NCBI GenBank assembly: GCA_039586365.1
Contig: JBDHKN010000072.1
Location: 1-22,935 of the forward strand
DNA from: Gemmatimonadota bacterium
GTDB taxonomy: Bacteria; Gemmatimonadota; Gemmatimonadetes; Gemmatimonadales; GWC2-71-9
DNA length: 22,935 nucleotides
Direction: 5' to 3'
Numbering within the stretch: position 1 is the stretch's first letter; every line of letters begins with the position of its first letter. The notes below the pieces were generated by a model. That model had not been told where the DNA came from. It ran no database searches and saw nothing but the letters and a program-made list of their open reading frames with translations. The translations under genes were made by a program, and so were the position numbers. Below, piece after piece: positions 1 through 7,395 of this stretch.

Positions 1-26
1 CTGAGGGTCGTTCTCCCTCTCTGAAG

Positions 27-55
27 TTGACTTCTCTCCCATTTTGAGCTATCTT
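27..55 (+). promoter_or_regulatory. Putative sigma70-type promoter of tRNA-Gly
   Basis: TTGACT (27-32), 17-nt spacer, TATCTT (50-55); lies 16 nt upstream of the tRNA 5' end. Confidence 0.65.
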
Positions 56-71
56 TGTATGTAGGAAGCAC

Positions 72-144
72 GCGGGTGTAACTCAGTTGGCAGAGTGTCT
101 GCTTCCCAAGCAGAATGTCGTGGGTTCGAATCCCATCACCCGCT
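72..144 (+). tRNA. tRNA-Gly (anticodon CCC); CCA end not encoded
   Basis: Acceptor stem GCGGGTG/CACCCGC with discriminator T144; D-arm with TGG; anticodon arm CTGCT-TCCCA-AGCAG; T-arm GTGGG-TTCGAAT-CCCAT. Followed by CTG rather than CCA. Confidence 0.96.
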
Positions 145-217
145 CTGTTGAGTACTGGTAGCCCTTCTATCGTCAGACCACTGGTGGTAGTGGCAAGAAC
201 GAAGGAGGGCTTTTGTC

Positions 218-460
218 ATGTCTACAGTGCGTCTGCCGTTGCAGGAATGCCAACCGCTTAGCAGTCTCGAACTTCACGATCAGACCTTCCTCCTGGACCG
301 TGAAGCTCAAAGGTCCACCCGCCAGACTATGACCCACTACAGCTGCACGCTGCGGACCTTTGTGGGCTGGTTGCAGCAGCGCGGCATCAACTCCCCCGCA
401 GAGGTAACCCCCCATCACATAAGAGTCCATCTAATCGAACTTCAACGGCGTGGCCTCAAA
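218..460 (+). pseudogene. Truncated tyrosine recombinase/integrase, N-terminal SAM-like (core-binding) domain only
   Basis: SD-like GAAGGAGG at 201-208. FLLDREAQRSTRQTMTHYSCTLRTFVGWLQQRGINSPAEVTPHHIRVHLIELQRRGLK fits the XerC/D and phage-integrase N-terminal helical pattern. Similarity stops at 'RRGLK' (~460), the ORF runs on to 580 in unrelated sequence, and no catalytic domain is present. It sits directly downstream of a tRNA. Confidence 0.75.
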
Positions 461-545
461 GTCTTCTTGCCACAGGATGACCAGGCTCGGCCACTATCTC
501 TTGCACCACCTGGTAACGATGTCTTGGCGCAAGCACCGCACCCAC

Positions 546-574
546 TTGACAACCGGTCGGGTTTGTGTTATAAT
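546..574 (+). promoter_or_regulatory. Consensus sigma70 promoter with extended -10 for the GntR gene
   Basis: TTGACA (546-551), exactly 17 nt, TATAAT (569-574), preceded by TG at 566-567 (TGn extended -10). Confidence 0.85.
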
Positions 575-581
575 CGGTAAT

Positions 582-1340
582 ATGGCAATACCACCTGACC
601 GCACTTCCAATACAGGCAAGTTCGTAGCCGTCGAAAGAACCTTCCTTGCCCAAGACATAGCGCAGAGGATCTTGGGGCTGATTCAGGAGGGCGAGCTAGA
701 GGCGGGCGAGAGGCTTCCACCGGAGAGGGAACTCGCGTCCCTGCTGGGGGTGGGCCGTCCTTCGTTGAGAGAGGCGCTGCGCGCTCTACAGTTGATGAAC
801 GTCATAGAGGTTCGCCCAGGTGAAGGAACCTATGTTGGCTCCCTGAAGGCGGAGCAACTCGCAGAGCCTTTGAGGCTTCTCCTGGTCTTGCAGGATGTGA
901 CGTACCTGGAGGTTCTAGAGGCGCGACGGAGCGTCGAGCCGGCCATTGCGGCGCTGGCAGCAGAGAGGATCAGCGAGGAGGAACTGGACCAACTCGACTC
1001 GTGTCTGAGGAAAGCCGCAGAGTGTGTTGACGACCCTGATGATTTCCTCCAGGCTGACTTGGAGTTACATTCCACTATCGTTGAGGCCTCACGCAACCCG
1101 CTGCTGGTCGGGATCATGGCCAGCATTAGCAGTCTGGGGCCAGCTACCCGGCAACGCACAGCATACATTCCCGGAGTTCGGGAGATGGTGTTGGAGCACC
1201 ACACCCAGATTGTGGAAGCGATCCGCCTGCGCGATCCAGATGCCAGTTGGAAGGCCGTGGAGAACCACATCTCTCACATCGAAGAGGCTCTACGGAGGAT
1301 CGTTCGAGAGGATGGGTCTTCGGAAGGGCTTGACATCTGA
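582..1340 (+). CDS. GntR-family transcriptional regulator, FadR subfamily (wHTH + FCD), ~252 aa
   Basis: GERLPPERELASLLGVGRPSLREALRAL...IEVRPGEGTYV winged HTH, and FCD motifs (LEARRSVE, ADLELHSTIVEASRN, EHHTQIVEAI). ATG 582 was chosen over GTG 450 because it lies just after the promoter. Confidence 0.93.
   Translation: MAIPPDRTSNTGKFVAVERTFLAQDIAQRILGLIQEGELEAGERLPPERELASLLGVGRPSLREALRALQLMNVIEVRPGEGTYVGSLKAEQLAEPLRLLLVLQDVTYLEVLEARRSVEPAIAALAAERISEEELDQLDSCLRKAAECVDDPDDFLQADLELHSTIVEASRNPLLVGIMASISSLGPATRQRTAYIPGVREMVLEHHTQIVEAIRLRDPDASWKAVENHISHIEEALRRIVREDGSSEGLDI
583..593. promoter_or_regulatory. Candidate FadR-family operator (autoregulatory)
   Basis: TGGCAATACCA is a near match to the TGGT-N3-ACCA box of FadR-subfamily regulators (PdhR/LldR type). 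It overlaps the predicted transcription start and the start codon of the regulator gene. Confidence 0.45.
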
Positions 1341-1695
1341 GAGGCCCTCTCTGGATGGAAGGAGTTCCCTGTTAATTGTGATTCTGGACCTCGAGGGTTG
1401 CGCTCTGGTGGCGGCACCCGCGCCGCAGCGCAGCCCGCAGCTGGCGGACATGGTTCGGCAAGCAACGCTCCCCATCCCGGTACATTTTGGCCATTGAGTC
1501 GCTAATCCCAGTTACCGATAACAGGTAGGTGCGGCACGCAGCAGATCTATCAAGGAAGGGGGGTGATATCTTATCTCCTGGTGAGTAGGGTAGCGAGTCA
1601 GCATGTGCCCAATCTTGCTTCCGATTCCACTCCTGGGCTCGCAGGACCCCGGGTGGCAATCGAGCTAGGGCATCTTTCGAAACTGGTGCTGAGAA

Positions 1696-1775
1696 AGGTC
1701 AAGATGAGCGTCAGAAAGAGGAAAGGAAAGAAGAAGGAAAGAAGGAGGTTAAGATGAGCGGCAGAAAGAGGAAAG
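1696..1775 (+). repeat. 30-bp imperfect direct repeat (period 50) duplicating the start region of the binding-protein gene
   Basis: AGGTCAAGATGAGCGTCAGAAAGAGGAAAG (1696-1725) versus AGGTTAAGATGAGCGGCAGAAAGAGGAAAG (1746-1775); 2 mismatches. Confidence 0.9.
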
Positions 1776-3367
1776 CATCGGGGCTCTGGAAAATCACTAG
1801 GCGCGAGTTCCTGAAGGGGTCGGTGCTGGGGGCAGTGGGTACCATGCTTGCTGCCTGTATGCCCAGCGCTGAGCCGACCCCCTCGCCCGAGGTTGCACCC
1901 ACACCTACGCCCAAGCCGCCTGTGCCCACACCGATCCCCACGGTACCCAAGGCCCAAGAAGCCAAGTTCCTGGTGGGCCAGAACTTCTTCGGCGACATGA
2001 ACCCCTACTCCAACTGGATCACGGCGAGCGCGGAAGTGACCCATCACATCTACGATCCCTTGGTGAAGTGGGATGAGACGCAGGGGAACATCCTCGGCGA
2101 CTTGGCCGAATCCTGGGAGGTGGTAGATCCCAATACCTGGCTCTTCAACTTGAAGCAGGGCGTTACGTTCCATGACGGCACGGAATTCACCGCCGACTCG
2201 GTCAAGTACAGCCTGGAGGAGATTCAAGTTGGCGAATATGGCATGGCCTTCTCCACTCTCTTCGTGACGCCCATGGAGATAGAGGTGGTGGACAAGTACA
2301 CGGCGAAGGTAACTACAGAGGATCCCTTCAGTGCGCTCTTGCCCAACCTGACGATCGTGGGCATGCTGAACCCCGCCCAGACGAAGGAGGAGATAGACGT
2401 AGCCCCCATAGGCACCGGCCCCTTCAAGTTCGTCTCGCGGGAGGGGAACACCATAGCGGTGGAGGCGCACGAAGACTATTGGCGGGGGGCGCCTCAGCTG
2501 AGCCAGATAGCCTTCGAGTACGTGGAGGATCCAACCACCCGCATCGTCGCGCTACGCGGTGGGGAGGCGCAGATTGCGGAGCGGATCCCGGTGGATCGGG
2601 TGCAGGAACTGGAGGACGACCCGGCTACGAAGGTCATTGTCGCCCCCACAAACGAGACCACCCGCTGGACGGGCATCACGGACAGATTCCCCTGGGATGA
2701 CATAAAGTTCCGAGAGGCCTTTTGGCACGCAGTCGATCGCCAGGAGCTCATCGATTCGTTTCTTGAGGGGCTCTTCCCAGCTGCCACCGCTCACTGCGCC
2801 AAGTCTGTATTCGGGTATCCTCCCGACCTCAAGGAGATCCCCTACGATCCGGAGCTCGCCAAGAGGTTGCTCGATGAGTCCACTTACGCCGGCGAGGAGT
2901 TGGAGTTCGTAGGCCCGGCCGGGTACCACCCCAAGAACGCGGAGATAATGCAGGCGGTGGCCGACCTAGCAGCGCCCGTGGGCTTCAACATCAGAGCCAA
3001 TCCCATGGAGGTGGGAGCGTTCATTGACAGGATCAGATCAGAGGACTTCAACGGGATCAGCTACTCCAGCTGGGTGTCCTGGACTGGAGATGCCGATTTC
3101 GTCATCGGGTTCCTCTATACGCCAGCCACCTGGGCTCACTGGAGCGACCCAGTTACTCAGGAGACCTTCGAGGCTTCGCGACAGGAGTTCGATCCCGAGA
3201 AGCGGCGGGCCAAGCTCCAGGAGTGCTTCAAGTCCATCTGGGATGGCTACATGTCAGTCAGCTTCTACGAGACCGTGCAAGTAGTGGCCATGGCCCAGAA
3301 CCTGGAAAACTGGCCTACGCCTCCCACCATGCTGCTGGTGGCCGAACCGGATACCTATCTGTCGTAG
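1754..3367 (+). CDS. ABC transporter substrate-binding lipoprotein, family 5 (DppA/OppA-like), Tat-exported
   Basis: SD GGAGG; twin-arginine TRREFLKG; lipobox LAAC; Pro/Thr linker; family-5 motifs IYDPLV, LAESWE, GVTFHDGTEFTADSVKYS, PIGTGPFKF. Confidence 0.95.
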   Translation: MSGRKRKASGLWKITRREFLKGSVLGAVGTMLAACMPSAEPTPSPEVAPTPTPKPPVPTPIPTVPKAQEAKFLVGQNFFGDMNPYSNWITASAEVTHHIYDPLVKWDETQGNILGDLAESWEVVDPNTWLFNLKQGVTFHDGTEFTADSVKYSLEEIQVGEYGMAFSTLFVTPMEIEVVDKYTAKVTTEDPFSALLPNLTIVGMLNPAQTKEEIDVAPIGTGPFKFVSREGNTIAVEAHEDYWRGAPQLSQIAFEYVEDPTTRIVALRGGEAQIAERIPVDRVQELEDDPATKVIVAPTNETTRWTGITDRFPWDDIKFREAFWHAVDRQELIDSFLEGLFPAATAHCAKSVFGYPPDLKEIPYDPELAKRLLDESTYAGEELEFVGPAGYHPKNAEIMQAVADLAAPVGFNIRANPMEVGAFIDRIRSEDFNGISYSSWVSWTGDADFVIGFLYTPATWAHWSDPVTQETFEASRQEFDPEKRRAKLQECFKSIWDGYMSVSFYETVQVVAMAQNLENWPTPPTMLLVAEPDTYLS

Positions 3368-3379
3368 ACTACGGGAACC

Positions 3380-3414
3380 TGTGGAGTGGCGGCTGGCATA
3401 GCCGCCGCTCCACA
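3380..3414 (+). terminator. GC-rich stem-loop after the binding-protein gene (mRNA-stabilising hairpin or leaky terminator)
   Basis: TGTGGAGTGGCGGCT (3380-3394), loop GGCAT, AGCCGCCGCTCCACA (3400-3414): 15-bp stem with one G-U pair and only a weak CTTCT tail. Confidence 0.65.
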
Positions 3415-3518
3415 CTTCTGGTACGGCCCTTTCGTTCCGCACAACCGGTATTCCTGGGCATGGCGGTAATCACATGTGTTGAGGGCTCGATTGGACAAGG
3501 CGGTGAGACGAGACAGAG

Positions 3519-4451
3519 ATGGGTCGCTACGTACTGAATAGGCTATTGCAGTTGATACTGGTGCTATTCGGGGTCTCCATCGCCATTTTCCTGATACTGC
3601 GGGTTATCCCAGGAGATCCGGCCGCCCTCATGCTACCTATTGACGCGCCCCGAGAGCAGGTTGAACACCTCAGGGAGGTGTTGGGCCTCAAGGAACCCCT
3701 TCACGTTCAATATCTGACCTTCATCTCCAACGCACTGAGAGGCGACCTGGGAGATTCTTTTCGGTGGAAGATACCAGCCACTGAGTTGGTGCTGAGCCGA
3801 CTGCCGGCGACATTGCAGTTGACGGTTGCGGCCATGGCATGGGCCGTGGTCCTATCCCTGATAATGGGGGTCTTGGCTGGGGCTCGCCAAGGATCGCTGG
3901 TGGACCGCTTCGTCTTGGCCCTGAACTCTCTAATCCAGGCCACCCCTTCCTTCTGGTTCGGTCTGGTCCTTATCATAGTCTTCGCCTTGCGATGGAAGGC
4001 GCTTCCGGCTATGGGGCGGGGGAACATCGAACATGTCCTAATGCCCAGCTTCACCCTCTCGTTGGTCTTGATACCTACCCTAGCGTTGACGATTCGGACC
4101 AACCTGCACCAGATTCTGCATGAGGATTTCGTGCGCACCGCTCGAGCCAAGGGCTTGTCGGAGGGGGTGGTTCTGCTCAAGCACGCCACGGCTCCGCTAC
4201 TGATCTCCCTAATAACCATATTGGGGATGCAGTTCGGCCGGCTGCTGGGAGGTGCTTTCATCATTGAGGTGGTCTTCGCCTGGCCAGGGATAGGCGACCT
4301 GACCCTGCAAGCCATCCGAGCACGCGACTATACGGTGGTTCAGGCAGTGACGCTGATAGTCTCGGGCGTCTTCGTGCTGGTGAACTTGTTCGTAGACCTA
4401 TCCTACGCCTTCATAGACCCACGGGTACGTCTTAGCAGGGGGGGGAGGTGA
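3519..4451 (+). CDS. Peptide/nickel ABC transporter permease (DppB/OppB-like)
   Basis: PGDPA, GDLGDS, RLPATLQL, EAA loop DFVRTARAKGLSE, IIEVVFAWPGIG, DLSYAFIDPRV. Confidence 0.95.
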   Translation: MGRYVLNRLLQLILVLFGVSIAIFLILRVIPGDPAALMLPIDAPREQVEHLREVLGLKEPLHVQYLTFISNALRGDLGDSFRWKIPATELVLSRLPATLQLTVAAMAWAVVLSLIMGVLAGARQGSLVDRFVLALNSLIQATPSFWFGLVLIIVFALRWKALPAMGRGNIEHVLMPSFTLSLVLIPTLALTIRTNLHQILHEDFVRTARAKGLSEGVVLLKHATAPLLISLITILGMQFGRLLGGAFIIEVVFAWPGIGDLTLQAIRARDYTVVQAVTLIVSGVFVLVNLFVDLSYAFIDPRVRLSRGGR

Positions 4452-4463
4452 GGTGGCGGCATC

Positions 4464-5354
4464 ATGACGGTGGGCGAGACGACATCCGAGAGGGGTAGAA
4501 CGGTCAGAGGGTTGTTGAATTCCATGGAAGGGATACGGGGACACCCCCTGCTTGTCGTTGGCGGTCTCATGCTGGCCGTCTGTATGTTGGCTGTTCTCTT
4601 TCCCGGCGCGCTGGCCCCTCATGATCCTCTCAGGAGCGACATCGGAAACCGACTAGCGCCTCCGTTTTGGTACCCTGACGGCTCCATGGAATATCCTCTG
4701 GGAACGGATGGATTGGGAAGGGACCTCTTGAGCAGGATGATATACTCGGCACGGATCTCGTTTACCATCGGCGTCGCAGGCGCAGCCGTCTCTGCGGTCG
4801 TAGGAGTCGCTGTCGGACTCGTGGCAGGGTATTTCGGTGGTTTTCTGGACACGGTCTTGATGAGGTTGACCGACATCCAGCTAGCCTTTCCTTCTACCCT
4901 GCTAGCCATCGCCCTTCTCACCGTGGTGACGCCATCAGTGATCAGCATCGGCTTGGTACTAGCCGTGACGCTATGGGTGTGGCATGCCCGGACCATACGG
5001 GGTATGGTCCTATCCATAAGGGAAAGCCCCTTCGTCCTAGGTGCGAGAGCGTTGGGGGCAAGCAACGGAAGGATCATGCGGAAATACATCACCCCCTTCG
5101 TATTGGGACAGGTATTGGTCTTCGGCATCATCCAGGTGGCTATCATCATCCAGCTCGAAACTGGACTGAGTTACTTGGGCTTGGGCATAAGGCCCCCCGT
5201 ACCCTCCTGGGGGAACATGCTGGCTGAGAACAGGGAATACTTGACCACCGTTCCTTGGGTAGCCATCTTCCCCGGCCTTGCCGTCATCTTCGCTGTTCTT
5301 GGGCTGAGCCTCTTCAGCGAGGGCATGAGGGAGATTCTAGGAAGAAGGTTGTAG
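4464..5354 (+). CDS. Peptide/nickel ABC transporter permease (DppC/OppC-like)
   Basis: LGTDGLGRDLLSRMIYSARIS, EAA loop FVLGARALGASNGRIM, LSYLGLG..PPVPSWGNML. Confidence 0.95.
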   Translation: MTVGETTSERGRTVRGLLNSMEGIRGHPLLVVGGLMLAVCMLAVLFPGALAPHDPLRSDIGNRLAPPFWYPDGSMEYPLGTDGLGRDLLSRMIYSARISFTIGVAGAAVSAVVGVAVGLVAGYFGGFLDTVLMRLTDIQLAFPSTLLAIALLTVVTPSVISIGLVLAVTLWVWHARTIRGMVLSIRESPFVLGARALGASNGRIMRKYITPFVLGQVLVFGIIQVAIIIQLETGLSYLGLGIRPPVPSWGNMLAENREYLTTVPWVAIFPGLAVIFAVLGLSLFSEGMREILGRRL

Positions 5355-5363
5355 AGATTTCCC

Positions 5364-6332
5364 ATGACGACTTCGCTGTTGGAGATCCAAGATCTGACGA
5401 TTTGTTTCCCTGGCCCAAACGGGCTCGTTCCCGCCGTTGATGGGGTTAGTCTGACCCTGGAGGCGGGAACGGTACTGGGCATAGTGGGGGAAAGCGGTTC
5501 CGGAAAGACTATGACGGCCCTCGCCGTCATGCGCCTTCTGCCTCGTGCCGCAAAGGTCACGAGCGGAAGCATATGCTTCAAAGGGCGCGACTTGCTGCAA
5601 CTCTCCATGCGGGAGATGCGAAAGATAAGGGGTGCCGAGATCTCCATGGTCTGGCAGGAACCGATGAGCTCCTTCAACCCGTTCTTCCGCCTGGGAGGTC
5701 AGGTTGCTGAGGCGCTCAGCGCTCACAGGATAGTCAAAGGGAGAGAGGCCTTGAGGAGGGTCATAGAGTTGTTCCGAAGCGTCAAGATCCCTGGAGCGGA
5801 AGATCGGTGTAGGGATTATCCCTTTCAGTTCAGCGGTGGCATGCTACAACGAGCCATGATCGCCATGGCTCTCTCCTGCAATCCGGACATCGTCATAGCC
5901 GATGAACCCACTACCGCCCTGGACGTCACGGTCCAGAGGCAAATCCTCGACCTCGTACAGGATCTGAAGGAGGAGTATGATACCGCCGTCATCTTGATAA
6001 GCCACAGCATGGGGGTGATCAGCGACATAGCTGATGAGGTATTGATGATGTATTCTGGCATGGTTCTTGAAAAGAACGCCACTGAGGAGATCTTAACCTC
6101 ACCCGCTCATCCCTATACAAAGGCCTTGCTCCAGTCAGTCCCCAAGATGACCACAACGGAAAAGCGTCTACCGGCCATACCTGGTGCACCGCCGAACATA
6201 TTCAGCAGGCCCTCGGGCTGTCCCTTTCATCCCCGCTGTCCAAATGCGGGCGCGGCATGCAGCGAAGAAAGGCCGATCCCCAGGGAATTGGAGGAAGGGC
6301 ATCTGGTCGCTTGTCATAATGCCTACACATAG
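5364..6332 (+). CDS. Peptide ABC transporter ATP-binding protein (DppD/OppD-like)
   Basis: Walker A GESGSGKT, signature FSGGMLQR, Walker B IIADEPT-like (VIADEPTTALD), HPYT and C-terminal GCPFHPRC...VACH. Confidence 0.95.
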   Translation: MTTSLLEIQDLTICFPGPNGLVPAVDGVSLTLEAGTVLGIVGESGSGKTMTALAVMRLLPRAAKVTSGSICFKGRDLLQLSMREMRKIRGAEISMVWQEPMSSFNPFFRLGGQVAEALSAHRIVKGREALRRVIELFRSVKIPGAEDRCRDYPFQFSGGMLQRAMIAMALSCNPDIVIADEPTTALDVTVQRQILDLVQDLKEEYDTAVILISHSMGVISDIADEVLMMYSGMVLEKNATEEILTSPAHPYTKALLQSVPKMTTTEKRLPAIPGAPPNIFSRPSGCPFHPRCPNAGAACSEERPIPRELEEGHLVACHNAYT

Positions 6333-6363
6333 GCGCCGACATTCGATTGGGAATCCATCAGCA

Positions 6364-7341
6364 ATGGATACTGAACACATCCTGATGGTAGAAAGGCTAG
6401 TCAAGCATTTTCTTCTCAAGGGAGGCGTTTTTGGGCGAGACAAAGGCGTGGTGAGGGCTGTGGATGGGGTATCGTTTCGTCTGCGCCAAGGGGAGACACT
6501 GGGTCTTGCTGGGGAGAGTGGATGTGGCAAATCGACCTTAGCCCGGGCGATGCTGCGGCTAGAGGAAGACGTCCAAGGGAAGGTACTCTTTCAGGGCGAG
6601 GATTTGCTTACCGTGCCACCCGGTAGGATGCGGGCCTTGCGCCGAGAGGTCCAGATGGTATTTCAAGACCCGACAACCTCACTACACCCCCTGATGAGCG
6701 CTGGGGATTTGGTGGCGGAGCCTCTGTTGATACATAAACTGGGGGATGAGAAGCAGAGGCATGAGAGAGCTTTGCAGCTTTTGGAGATGGTGGGGTTGGG
6801 TCGGGAGTTGGCGGAAAGTCTCCCTCACGAGTTGAGCGGAGGCCAGAGGCAGAGGGTGGGCATCGCTCGGGCCGTTGCTCTGGAGCCCAAACTGCTAGTG
6901 TTCGATGAGCCCCTGTCGGCCATCGATGTCTCCGCTCAGGCCCAACTTCTGAACCTGATCCAAGACCTCCAGGAGAGATTGCAGTTAAGCTATGTCTTCA
7001 TCTCCCATGATCTAGGCGTGGTCAAGCATGTCAGCCAGCGAGTGGCTATCATGTACTTAGGACGGCTCGTAGAGGTGGCGCCAAGCGAGGACCTGTATCG
7101 TCATCCATTGCACCCTTATACCCAGACCCTCCTATCCTCCATCCCTCGGCTTTTCCTGGGCGAGATGGACGTGACCAGCTATCCACCGCCTATGGGTGAT
7201 ACGCCTAGCCCCGTTGATCTGCCCTCTGGTTGTCGGTTTCACCCTCGCTGCTCCAGAGCGGAGGAAGGTTGCGAGACCTGTGAGCCAGAATTGGTGGATG
7301 TTGGAGGAGGTCACGCGGTCGCTTGTCACTATGTCACGTAG
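6364..7341 (+). CDS. Peptide ABC transporter ATP-binding protein (DppF/OppF-like), ~325 aa
   Basis: GESGCGKST, LSGGQRQR, FDEPLSAID, HPYT, GCRFHPRC...VACH. Start moved to ATG 6364 (MDTEHIL) to avoid overlapping the upstream ATPase. Confidence 0.94.
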   Translation: MDTEHILMVERLVKHFLLKGGVFGRDKGVVRAVDGVSFRLRQGETLGLAGESGCGKSTLARAMLRLEEDVQGKVLFQGEDLLTVPPGRMRALRREVQMVFQDPTTSLHPLMSAGDLVAEPLLIHKLGDEKQRHERALQLLEMVGLGRELAESLPHELSGGQRQRVGIARAVALEPKLLVFDEPLSAIDVSAQAQLLNLIQDLQERLQLSYVFISHDLGVVKHVSQRVAIMYLGRLVEVAPSEDLYRHPLHPYTQTLLSSIPRLFLGEMDVTSYPPPMGDTPSPVDLPSGCRFHPRCSRAEEGCETCEPELVDVGGGHAVACHYVT

Positions 7342-7395
7342 AGGTGGGTGGATAACAGTGGTTCACATTCTCAGGGAGGTGAAGAAGGAGGAGAG

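Noticed and set aside
461..545. Possible IS fragment on the minus strand (RYQVVQEIVAEPGHPVARRL)
   Set aside because: Only a vague resemblance to IS3-type OrfB starts; too short, with no terminal repeats.
450..581. N-terminal extension of the GntR ORF from GTG 450
   Set aside because: It runs through the consensus promoter and does not resemble a GntR protein; ATG 582 fits better.
1861..1950. Repetitive CCC-rich DNA in the binding-protein gene
   Set aside because: Explained by the Pro/Thr linker of the lipoprotein; not an independent repeat or CRISPR array.
1598..2470. 290-aa minus-strand ORF and the many other antisense ORFs in the track
   Set aside because: They are shadows of well-supported + strand genes in GC-rich DNA and carry no recognisable motifs.
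4438..4445. G8 tract (also C6G6 at 9108-9119 and C5G7 near 9738-9749) as phase-variation sites
   Set aside because: The tracts are short, the frames are intact, and they encode ordinary Pro/Gly or sit at the gene end and RBS.
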